The position numbers and the translations under genes are program-made. Below the pieces are notes generated by a model that was not told the origin of the DNA, made no database searches, and saw only the letters and a list, made by a program, of their open reading frames with translations. 60,918 nt of DNA from a virus (lineage: Duplodnaviria; Caudoviricetes). Within the stretch, counting starts at the first letter, position 1, and each line of letters begins with the position of its first letter. Positions 47,057 through 55,485 of the stretch are shown in pieces. The stretch covers positions 1 to 60,918 of the IMG/VR virus record IMGVR_UViG_3300032242_001271; one strand, given 5' to 3'.

Positions 47057-47620
47057 TCAGACAAGTGAGTCAGTGATCGTACCATATTCCTTGCCAGTTT
47101 GTGACTGGTTTGGAAGGATACGGAAATCTACAGGGAACGAAACAGCCTCAGAGCGCTTCAACTTATGAGCACTTGATGAGAATTGAACTGCACGCCAGCA
47201 CTCATAAGTACGTGAGTACGTCTTAGTTGCAGTTGAATTAGGTGCAGTACCAACTACACGAATGTAGTTTTCAGCGGGGTAAACTGACTGAATACCGATA
47301 GCAAGAGTCTTGCTGACACCAGCAGTAGTGCTAATAGCGTTGGAAGAAATATAGTTCCATGATCGTGAAAGATTCTCAAGAGTAGCCTCTGCAAGACTCG
47401 TCTTAAGAGTAACCTTGATCTTTTCAGTAATAATGCGAGCAGCATCACCGAACTGATCAATTTCAATCTCAACCATCGTGGGTTCCCAAGCGATTTCGAC
47501 ACCATTCATCGTACCGCCAAGATCAACGGCGGTGCTGAAATCAGAAGAAGTTCCATAGGTATTAGGACCTAAAGAGATCTTTCCTTCGCCAGTAATAATA
47601 TTAGAAAACGTAACTGCCAT
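47057..47620 (-). CDS. Major tail (tube) protein
   Basis: DLGGTMNGVEI...SLAEATLENL; AAGGAGG RBS before MAVTF; own terminator. Confidence 0.85.
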   Translation of the reverse strand: MAVTFSNIITGEGKISLGPNTYGTSSDFSTAVDLGGTMNGVEIAWEPTMVEIEIDQFGDAARIITEKIKVTLKTSLAEATLENLSRSWNYISSNAISTTAGVSKTLAIGIQSVYPAENYIRVVGTAPNSTATKTYSRTYECWRAVQFSSSAHKLKRSEAVSFPVDFRILPNQSQTGKEYGTITDSLV

Positions 47621-47727
47621 TTTAAATGACACCTCCTTATTTAGATATAAATAAAAAACAAATTTTTAGAGCTTATATTCAAGCTTTGCTCTAGGTAAAT
47701 ATTATCCTTTACCCTCTTATAAAGCAA

Positions 47728-48141
47728 CTATAGGGGAATATATCCAACATCAAAAACACGGCTAATACAGGTCAATCCCTCACGCTCTAAAGCCGGGGAC
47801 ATCGAGCCACTATTAAGCTTAGACCAACAAAGGCGATAATTAGAAATAGGGTTAGTAATCAATGTTTTGATATATAACACATTATCTCCAATATTTAAAA
47901 ATTCTTCTATTTTATAGGCAATATTTTTCGCTCTTGAAAGATCATTATCATAAATATAATAAGTTAAAATAGAATCTTTTAGCCAATATTCCTCCGCACT
48001 TCGTGTAGAAGGAGAGTCAATCCAAGTGATAAATGGTGCCTGATAATCCCTATAAGCATTCATAGGATATAAATCAACATCAGCAAATCCTTGAAGAGCT
48101 AGATAAGTTTTCAATGCAGGGTTAATATCTAAAGAAATCAT
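47728..48141 (-). CDS. Tail terminator-like protein
   Basis: Position upstream of major tail gene; APFITW motif. Confidence 0.6.
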   Translation of the reverse strand: MISLDINPALKTYLALQGFADVDLYPMNAYRDYQAPFITWIDSPSTRSAEEYWLKDSILTYYIYDNDLSRAKNIAYKIEEFLNIGDNVLYIKTLITNPISNYRLCWSKLNSGSMSPALEREGLTCISRVFDVGYIPL

Positions 48142-48569
48142 GTAAATTTAACTACCCTTCGTGCTTCTGCTATAGCTTGTTTAATAGCTCCATCAATTTG
48201 AGGCTTCATGGCAATCTGACCGGGATGATGAACAGTATATCTAAATACTCCTTCTGCTATCGGCATTGGAGAACCACCATCAATCCAATGGGCATGAGTT
48301 CCATAATAAGTCCAGACAGCAATATAATCATTTGAATAAATATTAATTACAGCACCATTAATTGATCTTTCGACTATAATTGAAAAATGTTTAGCTTTTT
48401 TACCTAAAACTTGAGATAAATTAGTTTTAATTAAACCTTCTAGAATATATGAAAATTGAGTGGATTTATTTCTTACTTTTTCTTTATATAGCTTGACATA
48501 TTTTTCTACTTCGCCAAGTTTATCTAAGCCTTCTACATTAAATTTTGCAGAATATGCTAAGTCACCCAT
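48138..48569 (-). CDS. HK97 gp10-like neck/tail completion protein
   Basis: YIAVWTYYGTHAHWI...VHHPG motif. Confidence 0.6.
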   Translation of the reverse strand: MGDLAYSAKFNVEGLDKLGEVEKYVKLYKEKVRNKSTQFSYILEGLIKTNLSQVLGKKAKHFSIIVERSINGAVINIYSNDYIAVWTYYGTHAHWIDGGSPMPIAEGVFRYTVHHPGQIAMKPQIDGAIKQAIAEARRVVKFT

Positions 48570-48943
48570 TATTCGATCACACTCTTCGCTCTAACACCTA
48601 AATACTGAACTTTTCCAGTATAAGACATTTCTTTATCAATTTGAATAACCTGAAACCAATCAGATTCAATAACTTCATCCCCGAAAATAGTTGTGATATT
48701 TTTAATTCGAAGTCCATAATCAATAGGAGCATCATAATTGAAGTAAAGTTGGATGAAGTTAGCCTCTGTCTGAGCTGGGGAAATACGAATATTGGTAGAA
48801 GATCTACCCGGACTATAATAACATTTAATGCCCTGATGCGCTAAATTCCAATAAGCAACTTTCTGACCCATATCATTTGTAAGATATAGTTCAGAATAAA
48901 TATCGGCTTTGTTATTAAATCTTACAAGACCTCTATTAAGCAT
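48569..48943 (-). CDS. Head closure (stopper) protein
   Basis: Synteny; NDMGQKVAYW motif; 124 aa. Confidence 0.6.
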   Translation of the reverse strand: MLNRGLVRFNNKADIYSELYLTNDMGQKVAYWNLAHQGIKCYYSPGRSSTNIRISPAQTEANFIQLYFNYDAPIDYGLRIKNITTIFGDEVIESDWFQVIQIDKEMSYTGKVQYLGVRAKSVIE

Positions 48944-49805
48944 AGTCCATTATCCAGTAAACATAATCCATCAAGAGAGTATCTACGTCAATGTTTCCAG
49001 TAGTATTAAAGAAACTTTTATCAATCATAAATTTATTATTGCCCTGATCTGAGCGGGTAATACCATATCGATAATGCTCTCTTCTTGTATCATCGAGGAA
49101 ATCAATCATCAAAAGCTCTGCTGCCTGCTCAACCTCCCAAGGGACACTCATCCATCCCCAGTCACCAGTTACAGTTACCAAAGTATACTTAGGAAATCTA
49201 TCCCTGTAGACATCATCACGACGACTATCAAAATATGGATAAGAAGTATTTAACTTAATAAAATATTTTGTTTTTAAATCAATCGTGCAACGATCAGTGA
49301 AATCAGATTGATCAATAAAAACGCTAGAAAATGAATTCAAACGACTTCCAAGACTAAGCATCTCTCTGCCATTTCCATCATACGTTCGAGTTTTATTTTT
49401 AATGAACTGAAAGTTCTGTCCACAATAAGTATCAACAATTCTTCGAGCCATTTTTTCAACATTTGCGAAACGAGAATTATATTCAGGGATATCTAATTCA
49501 GGATAATTGGAAAAGAAAGTATCATATTTTACATATGTATCTTCAATCTGAAACTCTGAATACGCATAGAAAGCTGTACCAGAAAAAGTGCAAGACCACT
49601 TAATACGATACTTACCAAAAGCCCCCATTGTCTCATCATTAAGAGAGACAGAGTAAGTATTGTCGGAAACTAAAGTAGGGGTTAAAGGACCCGCTACAGT
49701 ATCTCCAAAATCGTAGTAGACAGTAGCCGAAGCAGTCCCAGAATCAGGGGGGCTAGGAAAGGTGAATTTCTCTACTACAGAAGAATAAGGAGTATAAGTG
49801 TTCAT
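48936..49805 (-). CDS. Head-tail adaptor with N-terminal Ig-like domain
   Basis: ARRIVDTYCGQNF...VTGDWGWMSVPWEVEQAA. Confidence 0.7.
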   Translation of the reverse strand: MNTYTPYSSVVEKFTFPSPPDSGTASATVYYDFGDTVAGPLTPTLVSDNTYSVSLNDETMGAFGKYRIKWSCTFSGTAFYAYSEFQIEDTYVKYDTFFSNYPELDIPEYNSRFANVEKMARRIVDTYCGQNFQFIKNKTRTYDGNGREMLSLGSRLNSFSSVFIDQSDFTDRCTIDLKTKYFIKLNTSYPYFDSRRDDVYRDRFPKYTLVTVTGDWGWMSVPWEVEQAAELLMIDFLDDTRREHYRYGITRSDQGNNKFMIDKSFFNTTGNIDVDTLLMDYVYWIMDYA

Positions 49806-49833
49806 ATAAAAAGTATATCATTACATACTTTTT

Positions 49834-50154
49834 TTAACCAAGTTGATAAAAGTCTTCAACCATCTTTTTTGTAGCAGAAACAAACTTGCTGCTATATTCA
49901 GTTAAAAGATAATTTGCTTCATGAGGATCAACTAATTGAAATGGCTCTTCTTTAGTGAATTCAACCGTAGGAGAGTAGTAGGCTTCACCAAGAACCATTT
50001 TAATCATAACTTTCTCTTGATTAATGTTGGCGATAGGGTCATCTGAGGTGTCATGAGTGGCCTCTAGAATCGTTTCTCCGGCCTTCGTTTTACGTTCAGT
50101 AGTCCTTTTGACTGCCTGCTTTTTTACACTCGTAGATTTAGTTTCTTCACTCAT
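49834..50154 (-). CDS. Hypothetical virion-module protein
   Basis: 106 aa after MCP; FTKEEPFQLV; AGGAG RBS. Confidence 0.7.
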   Translation of the reverse strand: MSEETKSTSVKKQAVKRTTERKTKAGETILEATHDTSDDPIANINQEKVMIKMVLGEAYYSPTVEFTKEEPFQLVDPHEANYLLTEYSSKFVSATKKMVEDFYQLG

Positions 50155-50177
50155 TATTTCTCCTATAAAATACTAAA

Positions 50178-50197
50178 GCCGGGGATTGCTCCCCGGC
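50178..50197 (-). terminator. Terminator after the major capsid gene
   Basis: gccgggga/tccccggc stem with GCAA loop, UUUA tail. Confidence 0.75.
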
Positions 50198-50229
50198 CAA
50201 AGTATATCACAAAATGAGAATCAAAATGC

Positions 50230-51273
50230 TCATGAACGAACTTTTACGTTCCTTACATGTACATAGGCAGCGGCATTTTCGATCTGATTGGCAACTCGGA
50301 TAAACTGAGTGTATTCAATCGTGTCCTTCTTAGGCTTGAACTCACGGTAAACCGTGATGTCACGCTGGATACCGATAATACGGTTCTGCGGGAACGTAAG
50401 TTCAACGATACCATGATTGCCTGAAGCAGCAGTATAAGTGCCAGTCTCAGTCTCAGGGTAAAGAGGAACCTCAAGAAGCGGAATACCGAACGGACGAATG
50501 CCACCAACATAGTTAGCATCACCACCGCCACCAGCGCCACCCATACCCTGATTGACGATAGCATCGCCCATCGAAGTACCGGCTGAAGCGCCATTACCAG
50601 AGCCAACGAGGTTACCGTTATTAGCGGTAGCATCGAGCGAAAGGCTCCAGATGTAATCCTGCAACAGCGAGCTAGACGTTGAGAACGCAAGCTGTGAACG
50701 ACGCTGAAGGTACTTGTTCGGCAGGGCACGAAGGGCCTTGTCGAACACTGAACGGGTAAGGTTGCCACCGGCTGCGTCAACAACAACGCCACTGGTACGA
50801 GCAAGAACCTTGAAACCATTCAGAGCCTTGAGAAGAAGATCTGCCGATGAAGTATCACCGTTAATGTACAGATCCTCAAGATCGTTAGCGGTCTGGCGAG
50901 CCATAAGCGAAGCTACATGGTCCTCCAGCGAATCACCTTCGATGTTGTCCTCAAGACCTTCAGTCGTAAGTTCCCAGTCAAGACGAAGCTTAACAGTCGT
51001 CATGGAAACCTTCGAGAAGGTAGGATCGGCATTAGATGTCGTGTCCGTACCTTCAGTAGCCTTACGCATGATGCGCTGGCCGATATCAACCTTGTCGATT
51101 TCGATGGTCGGGGCGTTCATACGAACGATACGAGCCGTCTTCATCAGGACTGATTGATCAAACAGGTAATCAATAAATCGATTGGCCTGTCGGGGCTTCA
51201 GAATACCGCCTGCACCGGCGCCAATCTGAGTTGTGTTAATAACCTTTTCTAAAAGATCTCTACTGCTCATCAT
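50230..51273 (-). CDS. Major capsid protein (HK97 fold)
   Basis: GGILKPRQANRFIDY...LEDNIEG...ANDLEDLYING; host-like GC-rich codons; GGAGG RBS. Confidence 0.92.
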   Translation of the reverse strand: MMSSRDLLEKVINTTQIGAGAGGILKPRQANRFIDYLFDQSVLMKTARIVRMNAPTIEIDKVDIGQRIMRKATEGTDTTSNADPTFSKVSMTTVKLRLDWELTTEGLEDNIEGDSLEDHVASLMARQTANDLEDLYINGDTSSADLLLKALNGFKVLARTSGVVVDAAGGNLTRSVFDKALRALPNKYLQRRSQLAFSTSSSLLQDYIWSLSLDATANNGNLVGSGNGASAGTSMGDAIVNQGMGGAGGGGDANYVGGIRPFGIPLLEVPLYPETETGTYTAASGNHGIVELTFPQNRIIGIQRDITVYREFKPKKDTIEYTQFIRVANQIENAAAYVHVRNVKVRS

Positions 51274-51284
51274 TCACCTCCAAA

Positions 51285-54200
51285 TTATGAATTATAACCT
51301 AAGACCTTAGCGATCTCAGCGGGGACAAAAATTCCGCCCCAAAAGCTTTCCGAATCAGCACTCTTTTCAAGAGCCTCTTCTTCTGCAACACCATCGACCT
51401 CTATGTCAGCCGACTTCTTTTCTGCGCCTGAGTTGGCGACCTTCTCGAGATCGCTTGAAAGCTCTTCAGCGGAATCCTTAACCTCAGAAACGGACTTTTC
51501 GATGGCATCGATCTTCCCGTCAACTTCAGCAGTGATATCAGCCTTGACCTTCTCAAGCTTCTCATCAAGAAGAGCGCTCAGACCTTCGAGTACCTTCTCA
51601 AAATCCATTTCATTTTCTCCTTCATTAATGGACTTGCCCATCATTGTGGGCTGCCCCTGATTTACTACCATGTCACTTCCATTGCCGGAGGCAACTTCTT
51701 CGAGGGCATCCTCACCCTGACCTGCGCCATTATGAGGACCACCATCTCCCTCTTCAACTGTAGAGGGAGTAGCGTTGATCATAGGCTGACTGGAAACATT
51801 TGCAATTGAATTATCAGCAGGGCTTGCATTAACTGCTGCAGCAACCTGCGGATCTCTAATTACATCACCAAAATCAGCGCCACCAACATTTACAACAACA
51901 TGAGGTGCTTGCGACATATTTCCATCGGAAACAATTCGAAGCATATGATTCATATTGTTAACATCAACAACCTGTCCCTTTTCAACAGTTTCCTTACCAA
52001 AAAGGAAATTGCCGAACTTTGACAGGATAGTTTGCTTTTGAGTATCAGTTAAATCTTCATGAGACATATCATTGATATTATCATAATTATTATTTGTTTG
52101 CAAATTCTTTGCAAAATTTGCATTTGAGTTTTTCGAAACCATATCCATCCCTTCATTTGAATCGGGCATTTCGTAAATATCATCAGATACTTTTAATTGC
52201 CATGCCCACTTTTGATGCTGATCAATTCGCTCAGCAATAAAATTGCAGACACCTTGCTGATTGGCAGCATTAGCAATTTGAAAAACATTATTCAAGCTAT
52301 CGATAACAGCATCATTATCTTCAGCAAGATCAGCAGCAAGAATTTCGGGATCAACATCCATTACCGGATCATCGTCAATAGTAGCCATAGCTAAAAATTC
52401 ACTAATTCCCCTTGGAGCAGTTCCACCCATCTTAAGAATATTTTCAGCAAGAGGATCAATGCTTTCGTAAACATCAGTATAAATAGCTTCAAAAAGAGCA
52501 TGATACTGAGCAAAATCGCTACCACGGACATTCCAATGATAGCCATGAGCGTGAGTGTACATGACAGCAACATCACCAACAGCCTTACGAAGTGCATCAA
52601 TCACCTGAGCCTGAGCGTAATCAGGAGAAGGCATAATCTTAATAAGATCGCCAGCATCAAATGCAGTCTTCAAGACAGCAGGAAGAGGGCGATCAGGACC
52701 ATTAACACGCTTCCAAGCAGAACGAATCTTTGCCTTTACACTAGCAAGATCAGCAGAAGGAATCTGAACCTTATTGCCTCTAAAACCGGCAGAAGTAAGA
52801 GCAGTTGTTGCTCTAGAAACCTGAGCAACAGTTTCCTTCGTAGTAGGAGAATCCCAAAGACGAAGCTTCCAAGTAGAAGGAGTATTAGGATCTGGAACAT
52901 AAGCAAAAGCTGCAGCAGGATACTGCTCCCCACCTTCCATCTTCATAGGAGCATCCTTCTTCATCTTCTTCCTTTGCGGAGGAAGACCCTGTTGAGGCTG
53001 AAGTAGACCACCACCAGCAAGAGCGGCAGTATCAACTGCTTTGCAGTAAGAGCAATCCATTCCTTCCATCAAAGTACCAGTAGAATCGCAATGACCACAA
53101 TCTTGATTATCGGAAATAGCTCCAGCACCTTCGCAATATGGGCAAGTCATATCTTTCATGACACTGCCAGAATCACCGCAAATTTTGCACATATAATCTG
53201 ACTTATTCATATTAATATCTTTCTTATTCAAATCACCAATCTTAGAAACAGTGGACATCTTGTGTCCAACATATGTTTCAGTTGCAGCCCAACCTTTAGC
53301 ATTTTTATGCCAAACTTGAATAAGTAATGCAGGATCTTCTTTAGTTCCAGTAATATTGAAACTAGAATTAGGAACCTCAATACTCCCATTTGCTGCAATT
53401 CTAACAACCTTGCCTCTGGCTTCTCCACCAGAAGAATTCCAAGAAACAAAATCACCGCGCTGAACTGCCGACTTATAAGTTTCCGATATCATTTCATCAG
53501 GACCATCGATATTCATACCGTGAACATCTGTCCCGACACCTTTTTCCATATTTTTCATACGATTAACAATAGCATCAGCCCAAGACTTACCGGGATCTCC
53601 ACCCCACAAAGCCCAAGCAATTCTTCCAGCAGAAGGATAACCTTCACCCTGAGAAAAACCTTTACCCTGCTTATCAACCTCATGACGAGCAAAAAAACTG
53701 TGCATTCTGCGAACAGTTGAGAGACTCAACTGTCTTTTGCCCATGATATCCCTAGCTCTAGCAACACCAACTGAGGTGCCACCGCGATTAAATTCTTTTC
53801 TCCAATCAAGGCCGCGCTTTGCTTCTGCAGCCATAGCGTCAGTAGGAGTAGTGTTAATATCAGAAAGAGCCTTCTGAAAAGAATCATTCAGAGTTTCAAT
53901 AAATTTATTTATTAAAATATCATCATAATCTTCAGATTTTCCGATAATAACCATTTCATCAAAACAAGTTGGGCAGACACTATCTGCGCCAACTGAAACA
54001 TAGCCATCATCTTCACAGTAAAAAACATCTTGCATTTGATCAGCAACATACTCAAGCTGACCATTAACACTCTTGATCATAGCGAACATCCCTGCAGGAT
54101 TGCAGGGATTGTCAACAACACTAAGTTCGCCAAGTGTATATTCTTGGATTTCACGAACCTTACGTCCATGACGCTCCATAAATACATTATCAGCCTTAGA

Positions 54201-54545
54201 GACGCTTCCACCAATAGAAAAACCACGGAGCGTACCATCTAAGATCTTCTGCCAAGTAGACTCAGCACCCTTAGAAATATAAACAGAAACTTCAATACCT
54301 TGATACATCTGACCATCGTAAGAAACTGGGACAGTTTTCCAATCAACCAGTTTTCCTACAGCAATAGGGGAATGCATCTCACGAATATTTCCCACCCAAC
54401 TAGAAAAAGCCTCAACTGAGGCATCAAAATTTACAACATCATCTACAAGATCCGGGTTATCAGCAGTAGCAATACCAGTGACAACTCTTTGTTCTTTATT
54501 GATCTTTTGAAATGGGAATGTAAAATTCAGGTCTGATGAGTGCAT
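51285..54545 (-). CDS. Prohead protease-scaffold polyprotein with inserted Dps, DnaJ-type Zn finger and other domains
   Basis: N-terminal HK97-type protease (IREMH, GFSIGG, ELSVVDNPCN); internal HWNVRG...D..AE Dps motif; 4x CxxC; C-terminal acidic coiled coil. Confidence 0.88.
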   Translation of the reverse strand: MHSSDLNFTFPFQKINKEQRVVTGIATADNPDLVDDVVNFDASVEAFSSWVGNIREMHSPIAVGKLVDWKTVPVSYDGQMYQGIEVSVYISKGAESTWQKILDGTLRGFSIGGSVSKADNVFMERHGRKVREIQEYTLGELSVVDNPCNPAGMFAMIKSVNGQLEYVADQMQDVFYCEDDGYVSVGADSVCPTCFDEMVIIGKSEDYDDILINKFIETLNDSFQKALSDINTTPTDAMAAEAKRGLDWRKEFNRGGTSVGVARARDIMGKRQLSLSTVRRMHSFFARHEVDKQGKGFSQGEGYPSAGRIAWALWGGDPGKSWADAIVNRMKNMEKGVGTDVHGMNIDGPDEMISETYKSAVQRGDFVSWNSSGGEARGKVVRIAANGSIEVPNSSFNITGTKEDPALLIQVWHKNAKGWAATETYVGHKMSTVSKIGDLNKKDINMNKSDYMCKICGDSGSVMKDMTCPYCEGAGAISDNQDCGHCDSTGTLMEGMDCSYCKAVDTAALAGGGLLQPQQGLPPQRKKMKKDAPMKMEGGEQYPAAAFAYVPDPNTPSTWKLRLWDSPTTKETVAQVSRATTALTSAGFRGNKVQIPSADLASVKAKIRSAWKRVNGPDRPLPAVLKTAFDAGDLIKIMPSPDYAQAQVIDALRKAVGDVAVMYTHAHGYHWNVRGSDFAQYHALFEAIYTDVYESIDPLAENILKMGGTAPRGISEFLAMATIDDDPVMDVDPEILAADLAEDNDAVIDSLNNVFQIANAANQQGVCNFIAERIDQHQKWAWQLKVSDDIYEMPDSNEGMDMVSKNSNANFAKNLQTNNNYDNINDMSHEDLTDTQKQTILSKFGNFLFGKETVEKGQVVDVNNMNHMLRIVSDGNMSQAPHVVVNVGGADFGDVIRDPQVAAAVNASPADNSIANVSSQPMINATPSTVEEGDGGPHNGAGQGEDALEEVASGNGSDMVVNQGQPTMMGKSINEGENEMDFEKVLEGLSALLDEKLEKVKADITAEVDGKIDAIEKSVSEVKDSAEELSSDLEKVANSGAEKKSADIEVDGVAEEEALEKSADSESFWGGIFVPAEIAKVLGYNS
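52075..52103 (-). promoter_or_regulatory. Internal promoter within the protease gene
   Basis: TTGCAA-17 nt-(TG-A)TAATAT, in-frame ATG 7 nt downstream at 52067. Confidence 0.6.
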
Positions 54546-54564
54546 CTAAGCCTCCAATCATATA

Positions 54565-54593
54565 ATCGTACACCAACTATTTCATAAAGTCAA
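54565..54593 (-). promoter_or_regulatory. Promoter of the head operon
   Basis: TTGACT-17 nt-TACGAT, followed by GGAGG RBS. Confidence 0.7.
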
Positions 54594-54605
54594 TTTATGC
54601 AAAAA

Positions 54606-55463
54606 TTAGATACCTACATCTTCAAGAGTAAATGTAGCTAAACGTCCATCTCCAGAAACTGGCTGACCAAAGTGGTACACATTACCAGTTCCACCGTTAC
54701 GTTTTATAGATATTTTACGAGTTACAGTAGAGGCATTAATGGTTTCATAATATACAAAACTATATGCAGTTGCTACCGTTGTTCCAGAGTTTAAAATATC
54801 AATAGCCTGTAAAACAGTGCCTCCAGAATCTCTTAAAGCTACTTGAATTACCGCGGAAGCTGTATCACCGTATACATGGCCAACTACTGTCCATTTATAT
54901 TTACGTCCACTAGTCACTGCTTGACTGTTAAATAATAAAGCTGTATCTACGAAAGTTGTTGTAGCAGCAGAAGATCCTGCATTTGAAGTAGTTTGGGCAA
55001 CAAAGCCGCGTGCATAAGTAGCCCATATCGGAGTACCTGTTCCAGCAGATTGTAAAACTTGTCCACTAGTACCCGCAGCTGTATAGGCATGTGCAGTACC
55101 AGTTCCGTAACCTACACCGCCTGAGGTTGCAGTGGCTGTAGAGTTAGTTCCACCATTGGCGATAGGTAAAGGAGTAGTAAGCCAAGTGGTGTCGTAGTTA
55201 GTTCCGCTATTTTTTACAAGAAACTGTCCTGTTGTTCCACCAGTCACAACTCCAGCACCCTGCGGACCAGTTGGGCCTTGAGGACCTTGAGAGCCCTGCG
55301 AGCCAGTTGATCCCTGAGTTCCTTGTGGACCAGTTAGGCCTTGAGGGCCTTGTGGTCCTTGAGATCCTTGAGCGCCAGTCGCTCCCTGAGGACCGGAGTT
55401 CCCCTGAGCACCAATCGCAACCTCTGTCCAAACTCCACCAACATATTGCTTTACAACTGTCAT
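54606..55463 (-). CDS. Collagen-like fibre protein
   Basis: About 18 Gly-X-Y triplets, LPIANGGT and GTSGQVL fibre motifs, beta-rich tip. Confidence 0.8.
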   Translation of the reverse strand: MTVVKQYVGGVWTEVAIGAQGNSGPQGATGAQGSQGPQGPQGLTGPQGTQGSTGSQGSQGPQGPTGPQGAGVVTGGTTGQFLVKNSGTNYDTTWLTTPLPIANGGTNSTATATSGGVGYGTGTAHAYTAAGTSGQVLQSAGTGTPIWATYARGFVAQTTSNAGSSAATTTFVDTALLFNSQAVTSGRKYKWTVVGHVYGDTASAVIQVALRDSGGTVLQAIDILNSGTTVATAYSFVYYETINASTVTRKISIKRNGGTGNVYHFGQPVSGDGRLATFTLEDVGI

Positions 55464-55485
55464 ATCAAAACCTCAATTACGTAGA

